From Eledone cirrhosa (taxonomy: Eukaryota): 64,000 nucleotides of DNA. Of this stretch, positions 1-12,488 are shown piece after piece. A model generated the notes under the pieces. The model ran no database searches. It was given only the letters and a program-made list of their open reading frames with translations, and had not been told where the DNA came from. Where the stretch lies: contig OZ024740.1 in assembly GCA_964016885.1 (NCBI GenBank), positions 146,878,001 through 146,942,000 on the forward strand. Reading direction: 5' to 3'. The number at the start of each line of letters is the position of its first letter. The first letter of the stretch is position 1. Position numbers and translations under genes: made by a program.

Positions 1-1512
<1,512 letters not shown>

Positions 1513-1750
1513 TGATAGGACTGGGGTCCCTATCATTAAATCACCGAAGACACCTCCAATGAGATATACCTTGGAGAAGCCAGCTAAACCTATATCTATA
1601 TATAATATTTATATGTATGCATATTTATATGCATATGTAGAACATTCTGTATGTATCTATGTATATATATGTATATGAAATAAACTGTATTAGAGAGAGT
1701 TTACTTTGTAGAGTTATATATTAATATATATATATATATATATATATATA

Positions 1751-2447
1751 CTAGCTAAACTACCCATCCTTTGGACGGTTCAAGTAGCTTTCGATGTAGT
1801 TCATTAAACTAAACAAAGTAAATTTGAATACATAGAAGAGAAATGTACTTTATGTAAACATGAAAACCTTAGGCACTATTCCAGCGAAATAATTAATATG
1901 TGAGCTCGGTGTCTTTTTTGACAACAGTAAAAGCGCATCATGAAATAGAGAAGTGAAGTGAATAATAGACACTATTATGTACAAAGCATAATATTGTAAA
2001 AGTTATGACATCACTTAATGTATGAACATCAAGCTTGAAACAATAAATTATACAATGTCAAATCTATAACTTAACTTAGTAATCTGTTAGAAATTGCTGG
2101 TTGTGAAATATACAAAATGATATTGTTAGTCTCAAGGAAGCGTACCTTTTGTTTCAAGTACGAAGAGTAAATTAAAATCCGAATGAGCCGAATTACAAAA
2201 GATAACTATTGTCTTACTTAATCACGAAAATTGACACAAATAACCGAAACTTTTTAATGTCTCCAAAGCCCCAATATCGATTTTTGAAAGCCTTTGTAGA
2301 TCATGTACAGGTTTGTGCAAGGAGAAGCTGTGTAAAAAATTTCAAAGAAATCGCATGAATGGTTTAGAATATATGAGCCCTCATTAAAAATTGTCCACAC
2401 ACACATACACAAACATACAGAAAACTTCGTCTTTATTTATATACAGA
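1751..2447 (-). mobile_element. Non-autonomous Helitron
   Basis: Minus strand begins A|TC(tgtatataaataaag) and ends with a short imperfect hairpin (aaccgtccaaaggatgggt) then CTAG|T; inserted in (TA)n, no TSD. Confidence 0.7.
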
Positions 2448-2456
2448 TATATATAT

Positions 2457-2622
2457 AGTTGTATGGTTGCATGAAAAATGCGCCCGTAGGCGGTATGTGG
2501 GTTGAGCACTCGATGCTCGCGCAGAGCAGAGCATAATAGGATAAGGAACAAAGAATCAGTGTTGCATCATAATATTAAATATATTGTGATGCAACACGGA
2601 TTCCTTGTTCTTTATCCTTATA

Positions 2623-2623
<1 letters not shown>
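2457..2623 (-). mobile_element. Putative PLE pseudo-LTR end with inverted arm (hairpin about 2537-2621)
   Basis: About 40-bp imperfect inverted repeat followed on the minus strand by gctc...gagtgctc and ATG CAA CCA TAC AAC TAT running into (TA)n; same layout as the elements at 17961 and 18547. Confidence 0.4.
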
Positions 2624-2624
<1 letters not shown>

Positions 2625-2720
<96 letters not shown>

Positions 2721-2814
2721 TATATATATATAAATATTATACACACACACACAGACACATATATATATATATATATATACATATTATATATATACATATT
2801 ATATATATACATAT

Positions 2815-2896
<82 letters not shown>

Positions 2897-2961
2897 TATA
2901 TATATACATATTATATATATAGATATTATACACACACACACACACACACACGCACACACAC

Positions 2962-3041
<80 letters not shown>
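2625..3041. repeat. Compound (TA)n/(CA)n microsatellite
   Basis: Direct reading; contains a repeated atacatattatatat unit. Confidence 0.95.
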
Positions 3042-3042
<1 letters not shown>

Positions 3043-3628
3043 GCCATTGAAGCATAGGAAAAGTTTGAAATATGAAATGTAGTTGTCCCAAAGTGAACCA
3101 AAGCGTCTGCGAGGAATCGAACCGGATGCTGCGCGAGTACGTTACCAACTATGTTAATGAGCTGCTGATAACCTATTTCACCTTTGGAGTCGATAAAATA
3201 TAATATCCGTCGAGGGTGGTGGATTGGAGAAATCGCTAGAGCTTTAGACGAGATGCCTTGCGGTACTTGTTCTGGCTCTTTGCATTTTGATTTCAAATCT
3301 CGCTGTATCTTATTTGTGTGGTAGACTTAATCTGTCACTCTGATTAACACCACCATCTGATCCTTATATGCCTTGAATAGAATTAACTTCGTTGCAAACA
3401 TCCGAGCCAAGGTCTCTGGCTTGAGAACATCTTCGTCCAAAATAATCAGCGTTGGTGCCCCGAAAAAGTGTCATGGACACTGCTTTTCCAGACCACACAA
3501 CAATATATAATATAATACACATCAGAGTGACTGTCTAGTTTCCTCTCAGTGGAAAATTACACACACATATGTGCATGTATATATATATAGACACATACAT
3601 ATATATGTATATATACACACACACACAA

Positions 3629-3711
<83 letters not shown>

Positions 3712-4450
3712 AAACTGTATATGTACATACACATACATTAAAGCGTGCTTATGTCGTCCGCACCTGTACATAGGTGTATGTTTTCCTGCATTTAATAAAT
3801 CGGTACAGTGACTTAAGTCTAGTCAGTGCAATTGCTTTCTCTGGTGCACTTCTGGCTAGCATTAACCATTCCTGTGTGCTGTCGTTTTGACTGTTGTGGA
3901 GATGCATGGGAGCCTCACCAGTACTACAAAAATCAGTTACATGAAATGACAGCTGTATTTATCTGAAAGTTTTGTCGAATGTGCGGGGCTTCCATACAAT
4001 AGAATTATCAGACCACTCGTTGGCCAAGAGATGTTGTTTCCGACACGACATACACGTTAGGAAGCCTATCAAAACCATGCTGCGAAAGTTATACGTTGAG
4101 GCGATGATGGAGGGGAAGTCTGTTTGGACCTGACCTCCTTGACAGTCATGTATCCTGGCAAATATGTCATGCCGTATTATGTTTCTCACTAACATCCTTT
4201 CACAATAATGTTTTGTTGTTTTTTAAACTAATTCTATCGCTAATCAGACGCACATATATTAGCTAGCGCATACGTAGGTCTTCCTCAAACTGTGGTAGGT
4301 TTTACCCTCAGGCAAGAAATTGCTTAAATAAACACAATTTCTTGGTGACAACAACATAGATCAGAGAACGTGTGTGAAGTACTGGTTTAGACGAGGAAGA
4401 GCAAAACTGTCAAAATAATAATAAAAATAATAAATAATAATAATAATAAT

Positions 4451-4614
4451 CCTTTCTTTATTAACCACAAGAGTTTACATAAAGTAGACATTAAGGACAG
4501 TACAGGACAATACAGGACGGTACAAATGGGCATTTCTGCGTGTAAAAAAACAAAAAAGACAGAGGATGTAATAAAAGAACAATGAAAAATTCCCCAATAG
4601 GAGGGAGACTTCTG
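4451..4614 (-). mobile_element. Tx1-family 3' end fragment in (AAT)n
   Basis: Homologous to 30861-31030 and to the 3' UTR at 24902-25095 (ttaaccacaag..., aaattccccaata); (AAT)n on both sides. Confidence 0.75.
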
Positions 4615-4854
4615 AATAATAATGATTATAATAAAGCGAAGGGTAATAAATATAAATAAATAAAATTATAAGAAAGAGAAGATGACGGATAGGGGAAAAG
4701 ATAGAAGCCGAGAAAGCAATAGAAACTAACCGACTGCCAAGAGTATTTTGCCTCCAGAAGGCGAATTAGAACTTGCTTCCTTCATATCTCAAATTTATAA
4801 TGGTGCTTAGATTTATATATTAATTATATTTATTGGTTTCTTTATTTAGTCAGA

Positions 4855-5124
4855 ACAAGAAGGCAGATATACAATGGAAAGACATAATATGCTGTGATGT
4901 TCATACCTTTCTATTTGGCATTAACGACGCAAGTAAAATAGCTAAAACGGGAAATCGAAACAGCATTGCCGGAAGCTTACTTCCCGTTTAACGGTGCTTG
5001 TATGTTAATTATGTACACTAAAGGTAGCTGAGATCGTAATTTCATTCGACTTCCGACTTCACTTATGTCTCTAATGCCAACTGAAAAGGCATGAATTTCA
5101 CAACACCCCCTTTCTGCCTCGTGT
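4855..5124. mobile_element. Old MITE-like element with degenerate inverted repeats
   Basis: tgtgatgttcatacctttctatttggcatta (about 4893) is an imperfect reverse complement of taatgccaactgaaaaggcatgaatttcaca (about 5072-5102); outer aggcaga/tctgcct. Confidence 0.4.
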
Positions 5125-5287
5125 AAACCTGAGATTTCATCCTTATATGAAAATCAATCATGGGAATAAAAAAGTAATAACATGGATCAAGGAATCCATA
5201 TTTCTTCCTAAGAAACCTGAACAATTTTTATTGAAAACAAAGTTGACTATTTTGTTATTGTTGTTGACACTACTGCTGCTGTTATGT

Positions 5288-5600
5288 AGGCGCGTAGCTT
5301 AGGGGTGAAGGGGCAGAACTCAACAATCGTAAGGGCGTGTGTTCAATTCTCGGGTAGTGTCTTGTGTTCTTGAGCAAGACACTTTATTTTATGTTGCTTC
5401 AGTGCACTAGGTAAAAAAGTGTTGTATCTGTAATTCAAATGGCTGGCCTTGTCATACTGTGTCAGGCTAAATCTTCCTGAGAAATAAGTTAAGAGTACGC
5501 GTGTCTTCGGAATACTTAGCTACTTACACGATAAATTCATGAGCTGGTTGTTTCGTTATTCAAACAAATAGAACACGAGTCGTCGGAACCGACGGTGGTC
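5288..5600 (+). mobile_element. tRNA-derived CORE-like SINE
   Basis: aggcgcgtagcttaggggt..gagttcaattc head, cttgagcaagacacttt core; 3' part resembles 6040-6200. Confidence 0.7.
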
Positions 5601-6303
5601 CAAAACTGTTGCTGATATTGTTGTTGCTATAACTGTTGTTGTTGTTTAGCCCCAGGTCAACCTTGTTCGAGGAAACTTATAATCAAAGACATTCCAAGCA
5701 TGACTACCACATGTCCTTCCTATGTACAGGGAGCCTAGGACCTATGTTTCTATCAGGTGGAGTGACCCTTTAGAGAAAACCTCATCGGCTTGCAGTTAAC
5801 TATGTTCTGTGCTGTTCAGCGTTCTTCGCAAATTCTATATTCGACGTTTCGAATAGTTATTGTTTCTTATATGACATATGTGTGTACGCAGCCTGACCGA
5901 ATGGTAAAGAAATTCGATTCATTTCTGCAAGTGTCTTTTACCATTGTCTCGGGTCGATCCATGTCCTCTGAGTGAAATTGAGTAGATGGAAACTTGTTTG
6001 GAAGCCTTTCCGATGGACTGCACTTGCAATTCCGAGGGCCAGCATTGCCACACAATGTATCATGCTGAATCGCCTTAAGAATTACATTAAGGGTAAAACG
6101 TGTCTGTGAGATACTCAGGTACTTACACGTTAATTACATCAGCAAGCTCTTCCGTGGATCAGAAAACTGAAATATTGTTCATCGAAACCGACGGCGGTCC
6201 ATCCCATTCTATTATCTTACGACATTTCATGTGAACAATCGTCGTTAACTAATGACTGACTGGCTATGTATGTATATATGTATGTATGTATGTATGTGTA
6301 TAT

Positions 6304-6681
6304 TGTCGGGTCACTCTTGAGTGTTACTGGTAACATGTAACCCAGTACAACCTGTCACATGGTCGGGCCATCGGCGACTAAACCGGCAACCTCACCAAGT
6401 TTACTTGGTGAGGAGGGTGATTTTGGACACCCTTCAGGACAAAAAACAAAACCTGACAAGGGTGAAAGAACTCATGAAAGTCAACGGCCATCCCACAAAC
6501 TGACCCAATAAATCCAATAGAGGGCACATCTTTTGTGTGTCACATTTGCTGCCTACCGTGCAAATCTAATGTTGGACTTAAAAGCCACCTAAGGGGCCAT
6601 GGACGGACGTTTGGAGTTGGTGATGGTTGATGAGGGCGCACAGGGAGACGGCAATCATCTGCAAAAAGGAAGTAATCATCA
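6304..6681 (+). mobile_element. RTE-derived bipartite non-autonomous element (5' UTR-like part plus 3' C2H2 end)
   Basis: 5' part matches 37385-37577(-) and 34800-34910; 3' part encodes CHICCLPCKSNVGLKSHLRGH; ends in CATCATGTAT... tail. Confidence 0.65.
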
Positions 6682-6700
6682 TGTATATATGTATGTATGA

Positions 6701-6877
6701 ATTGTTCTCTTAATTTCGAGTATATCTCTTTGACCGGCCACCTTCCTGGTGGCAAGGTTGTAAAAGAAAAAAAATTGTCATCCCTTGAATCGCAAGAATG
6801 TTTTACAAATTTTGAAGGTGCCAGCTATCGCAGCCATTTGTAGACTATGAATTAGGGAGCTGCGCTCTTCGTCCGCA

Positions 6878-6879
<2 letters not shown>
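6701..6879 (-). mobile_element. R4/Dong LINE subfamily B, 3' end
   Basis: Nearly identical to 35625-35800; flanked by (TATG)n on both sides. Confidence 0.8.
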
Positions 6880-6908
<29 letters not shown>

Positions 6909-7141
6909 TGTATGTATGTATGTATGTATGTATGTATGTATGTATGTATGTGTATGTATGTATACTTGTTTGTAAGTATGTATGTATATTTGTTTGTATG
7001 TATGTATGTATGTATGTATGTATGAATGTTCTTCTGGTTTTATAATTTCACAATTTTTTGCTAATAGAGAGTCGGTTTCTAACTTAGACACAAGACTCTC
7101 TCATTGGAATTTACACACCAACTTGGTAGATATGTATGCAC

Positions 7142-9514
7142 TAGGCATATGACTGTTTTACAACCCCATATGAGCATGCTATTTTCTAATGTGGTTTTTG
7201 TCATAAAGAAATAATTACAGTAGGTTTTTGGTAAATTTTTAAAAAAATTCTTGCACATACTAAATTATATTTTTAATTTTTTGGTAATTAGCCAGTCCCA
7301 TAAAATAAATACCTAAAACAATACATTATGACAATAAAAAATTTATTTTAATTATTAGTTAAACAAAATTTAATCTCTAAGGTTCTACTACTTTTACAAA
7401 ATGGCAAAAGGCCCTGCACAACTTTACAGCTCGCTCAGCGCAAATGTTCGAGCGTTGCGTCACAATTGGAGATTCTTCATTAGACCAAAATTTTCTGACG
7501 GTGTTTGCAGCCTTTTCACACTTGGCCTTAATTAGTTGGTCAATGAGTTTCTGCTTGCTGTCAGCTCTATACAGTTGACTTGAGAACCACATTTTTCCCC
7601 ACATTCCGCAGATGTATTCGGCACCAGCGCGCAGCTTCGCTCGTTCATCAGGCATCAAAATAAACCCAAGCAACAAATAAATTGCTCGGCTATTCCAACG
7701 AGCATTGTGCAAATTAGGTAATTTCTTAAAATTTATTTTAGGAAACGCACCGTTTTCAAAGAAATGTTGCACGGCTATCATGAGATGCTGAAGGAAATCA
7801 ATGTCACTTCTCCAGCGCGTCGGGGTTTCATTAATTTCCGTCGTTCCATTTGAAAGGTTCTGCTTCAGTTCGTCATAGTTCTTTAAAATGGCCTCAACAA
7901 AGTAATAATTGATGTACGGCGAAGTTGTTTGGCTACTATATAGTTAATCAAAATGAACTTTCAATGCACGGTCTAAAATGTGGTGCTGGCATCCAACATA
8001 TAATGGCTTGCTGTAACCGCGACGCGCGAACTCACTGTTGAGCATAGCAACAACTCCTGCCTTTTTGCCGGTATTGACACTAATTGTGTCGGAGACTATC
8101 ATCACGATAGATTCCCGCAGTTCATATTTGTCAATAACTTCTTTCAATCCATTAAATATAGTAAGAGCCTTTCCATCGGTTAATGCCATCGGCCTCAGGC
8201 GTATTTCTCTGTAATCATTTTTTAGCACTACAACCTGATATTCTACGTCTCTACATTCATTTTCCATCAAAATGAAGGCTCCATTTTTCCCTTTTGAGTT
8301 CATTTTTCCACTTTTCCATGAGTTTCTCACCTTCTCTGATAACTGCTTTGTGCACTGCCGACTGACTCGGGGTGCTCACCTTAATACCACCACTTTTAAA
8401 TTCGTTGCAAACTGCTGCTGCTTTTCTACTAGGTAATTTAATATTTCTTACTAGGTTAACAGCATGAGCTATGTTTTCTCTTTTTCGTTTTTTTTCTGGT
8501 GAAGGTGAAGGTGAAGGTTTGTAATCGCTGGTATTTGTATCAGTGTAACTGTAACTTTCATTTCAGTCCAGATGAATGTATGAGCAGGATAGCTTATCAT
8601 GATCTAGTTCTTGTTTTTTGTTTTTAATTCTCTTAGAAGGATGGATTTCCTTTTCACTGTCTATTTTCATTGTAGTATATCCAACCTTTCCACCACTCTC
8701 AACTTGCTTTTCATAAAATGACAAATCTTCGGCTGCTAACCAAATCCCATATCTTTTTGTAATGTCAAACAGATTATTGAAATTCGCAGAGCCAGGTCTT
8801 TTCACTTCTTTTTCCTTTTTTAAAATAATTTTTTCAATTTTTCGAGGTATTGAAAGTTTGTTGATAGTTGGAAAGCTGAACTTTTCCCATAAACTTTCAC
8901 ATTCTCCAGTAAATATCTTAATTCTTTTTTTTTGTATTTTTCTCTTCAGCAGCAAGAGTGATATATCTATCAACGATCTGTTGCTCAGTAGGTAGGTTGC
9001 ATAATTCGATTAATGAACTTTGAATTTTCGTTTACCTAGATTTCTTTCTCTTCTCAAAATGACAAATATTTTGTGCCCAAATCTTTTTACTTTCCTCTTT
9101 AGCAACTGGATTTTTATACATCTGAAATTTATAATATTAATATAATATAGTTATAAATATTAAAATATATTAATAAATATACCTCGCAAATTTTTATTTA
9201 TTCTATTTATGTATTTTATGAATTTTATGAGCAGATTAAACTGACAAATAAGTGATCCATTAAACAATTTGAAGAAGGATACTATATTTTATAAACTGTT
9301 AAATTGCACACTATATTTTTTATTACATACACACGTATATTGTGTATGCAATTCTATATTAGTTAATCAATGTTAAAGAATCTACCTTGTGCAAGAGTTT
9401 TTTTAAATTCTAATATTTTTTAACATGCTCACAAGTATTTTCTAGTAAAAGTTCATCTGAAAATGGCATGCTCATTTATTTTTTTAACAAAAGTGTACTT
9501 TAGGAATATGCCTA
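7142..9514 (-). mobile_element. hAT-superfamily (hATm-like) DNA transposon with both ends
   Basis: TIR TAGGCATAT/ATATGCCTA, subterminal atgagcatgcYattttc at both ends, 8-bp TSD gtatgcac/gtatgcat (7134-7141 and 9515-9522). Confidence 0.8.
7377..8973 (-). pseudogene. hATm-like transposase, frameshifted
   Basis: Motifs LFDI..ED..FY..Q, MIVSDTISVNTG..GVV, GCQHHILD, LHNARWNSRAIY and SNICAERAVKL in three broken ORFs. Confidence 0.78.
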
Positions 9515-11784
9515 GTATGCATGTCTGCATGCATGTGTATGCAGGTATGAATGTTATTGCATGTGTGGATATGAATGTTTTGAGTTGTATGTGTGCATGT
9601 GCATATGCTTTGAATCGGTACAAGTGTATGTGCAGTTATTACATGCAGAATGTTTGGAATGTTTTACATATTTTTACTGTTCCATTAATGGATTGTACTT
9701 GTAATTTCCTAACTAGTCGTGTTCTTTCTGTTACTGTGAAGCCCAGCTTCTCAAGATTTGTATTGAGGCAGTTACTAAAATACCCTAGTGCATATAATCA
9801 CAGGTATCAATTTGAAGGTATAGTCAGGGTGGAATATCTGCAGATTTCTCATTAGTTCTGCATAAATATTCTCCTTCTCGTTAATCTTTAATATTATATT
9901 GGCATCTGCTGGGCAGCTAACTTCCACTACTGTGCATGCCTTCTTCTCCCTGTCCCATATCATAATATCTGGTCTGTTATGCTTGCATTTTATTAGAATT
10001 TATACTAGAACATTCCACCAGTACTCTTTCATATTATGTATATGTATGTCTTCCACATTGCTGTAGCTTTTAATGTGTTTATTGTCTGGGCTAACTTTTC
10101 GACAATATCTTTTCCACTACATCATGCCTCATAGGCAGATAGTACCGTAATGACATATTTGAACAGCTGCTTATGTCATGGGAGACATCTTCGATGTTAA
10201 TTCTGCACTTGTCACATCTAGGTGTTTTGCCTGCATCCCTATCTCTTTTGTGAATCAGCTATTTTGTGTTGATTTCCTCTTGTTGGATTGCAAAAGCGTA
10301 TCCTTCAAAGTGGGAGTCAATATAGCCGTTGTTGGTCCAAGATAGACTACTTCGCTTATCTATATTACTCTCTCTGGAGCTTCCTGGCAACATATCCATG
10401 CATGACCTTTTGCAGATAAGCATGCAGTATTTCATCCATGGATTCACTGCGGTACTGCTGGGAAACTTCCCTGGGTGTGAGTTTTTGATTATCATGCAGT
10501 GAGTATCTTTCAAGGAATTCCTTCCCAACTCTCATGATCTTATCTGTTTCATGCAGACAGACTTACTCAATAGACGGGCTCCTACACTTGGAGGTTCGTA
10601 TATGTTGTTTAGGCGATATGATGCGACACTCAAATGTTGTCTGGACTGATATTAGACCTCTGCCTCCCTGCTTACGTTTCAAGAATAGGAAGTCTATGTC
10701 ACTGTTGATGTGGAAGTTTCCAGTGTTGTTTAGAATTTTTTGAGTCTTAACATCAATTGCTCGGATTTCGTCTATCGTCCAATCTAGTATTCCAAAGATT
10801 GGTGTTAGGGCAGACACAGCAGACACATTGTGAGCCATTGTTTTATTGTGCGCAGAGAGTTCCGATGACCATATTTTTCTTAATCGGGTGTAATATTCCC
10901 TGGTTACACGTTCCTTATTACAAATGCCATTATAGGATATGTTCTCATCTATCCCCAGGTATCTGTAGCAGTCCTCGTCAGATATCGGTGAAACAGTTAG
11001 GCCATTGATAAAATATTGCTAAATTGGGTTGTAGTTTTTCCCCGCTTTACAGTTATATATGAACATTTATTTTGGTCAAACTCCATTCCTATATCCTTTG
11101 AGAATGTTGTAACCAGTTCACGGTTTTGCTTCATCTCATTCATGTTCTTGGCATAGACTTTCAGGTCACCCACAAATAAATTATGGGTTAGGTTCGTATT
11201 TCTGTCTTCCTGTGAGCCAATGACGCATCCTTCACATTTCTTGAGCAGAAAGGACAAGGGGTTTAATGACAGGATAAATAGTAGCCCAGAGAGACTGTCT
11301 CCTTGAAATATACCCCTGTGATATTCTATTTTATCAGTGAAAATAGAATCCTCCTTCTTTGTTTTTAACTTTAGGATAGTAGCTCAAGAAGAAGACAGCC
11401 TCTCTATGGCTCTGACAATAATGTCTGGGGCTTTAGCAAGTCGGGGGGCCTCTATCATCCAAGAGTGGGGAACAGAATCAAAAGCTTTCCTGTAGTACAA
11501 CCAGACTGTAGCCATATTCCTCCTAAGTTATCGCACCTCCGACATCGCAGTTTTATTGATTAGGAGTTGTTTAGCAGACCCCCAAATACCTTTCTTTCCA
11601 GCTGCTTGTTCATCTGTGATGATGTTATTATTTTCACAGTGATCTTGGAGAAATAGGTTCAGACAGGCTGTATACATCTTATACATTAGGTTCTGGCATG
11701 CAATGGGTCAGTAGTTTTTTTGCCAAGTGAGTGTCTTTGTTCTTGGGGACCAGTATGTATGTGTGTGTATATGTGTGTATGTAT

Positions 11785-11930
11785 GTATGTAGTGTAGTGT
11801 AGTGTTTGTACCAGAGTTTTCAAGTCGCTGGCTGGACTAAAAAGTCACACTCGTTCAGCGCATCGGTAGGGGTTCTCCTACATAGATATAAAGTAGTGGC
11901 CGTACTCGAAAACGAGTTGGCAGCCACCAT
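11785..11930 (+). mobile_element. RTE-derived 3' end (C2H2 remnant)
   Basis: CTRVFKSLAGLKSHTRSAH*, then gtactcgaaaacgagttggcagccaccATGTATG; copies at 35200-35330 and 58175-58310(-). Confidence 0.7.
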
Positions 11931-11952
11931 GTATGTATGTATGTATGTATGT

Positions 11953-12131
11953 ATTGTCAAGCCTGTGGAAGAGAGTGTAGATCAGTAGGAGGACTCAAAC
12001 GACATGAAAAAGTACATGAACTCCAGCCACAACCGGCTACTGCCAGTGAATGTTTTGGTTGCCAACTCTGTGCAAGACATTTTAGAACTTTGGCTGGGCT
12101 AAAAAGCCACATTCGATCGCAGCACTGTTAA
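11953..12131 (+). mobile_element. RTE C-terminal double C2H2 zinc-finger fragment
   Basis: CQACGRECRSVGGLKRHEKVH...CQLCARHFRTLAGLKSHIRSQH*; the LAGLKSH motif is shared with adjacent RTE ends. Confidence 0.6.
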
Positions 12132-12150
12132 TTGTTAGTATATATGTGTG

Positions 12151-12183
<33 letters not shown>

Positions 12184-12488
12184 TTATATATAGATATGTA
12201 TGTGTGTGTGTATGTGTATGTGTGTGTGTGTATATATATGTATCTATATATAATTTTATTATTATTATTATTATTGAATGCCATGGTTGACGGAGGCTCG
12301 GCTCTGTAAGGTATAGTACATTTTAACCGCTATAACAATTGTAAATTGTTTAAAACTTTAACCAAATTGTAGACAAAAACACCCTCCTCCTCGTGAGAGG
12401 GGTCTTTCTGTCCGTTATTTGGCCCTTCGGGGTTAAATAACCGCTTATTGGGGTGTTGTGCCCAATATTTATTTTAAACCAAAAAAAC

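Larger units (their letters stand above)
7027..11753 (-). mobile_element. R4/Dong-clade LINE subfamily A, 5'-truncated, 3' UTR interrupted by hATm
   Basis: Minus strand: NY.PIACQNLMYK, W.YYRKAFDSVPH, GIFQGDSLS, THNLFVGDLK, KQGGRGLISV, degenerate CCHC and the restriction-like endonuclease PDIMIWDREKKACTVVEVSCP; 3' UTR 7027-7140 plus 9516-9640 matches the uninterrupted copy at 33348-33580. Confidence 0.88.

Noticed and set aside
2469-2482. 14-mer catgaaaaatgcgc shared with 49617-49630
   Set aside because: A 14-bp match is expected by chance in an AT-rich 64-kb window and the flanks do not align
3780-4400. Possible host exon
   Set aside because: No recognisable protein motif or convincing splice pair; could be old repeat debris
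11937-12131. Host C2H2 zinc-finger gene
   Set aside because: No TGEKP linker or splice context; motif matches neighbouring RTE C-termini and it lies between (TATG)n-type tracts
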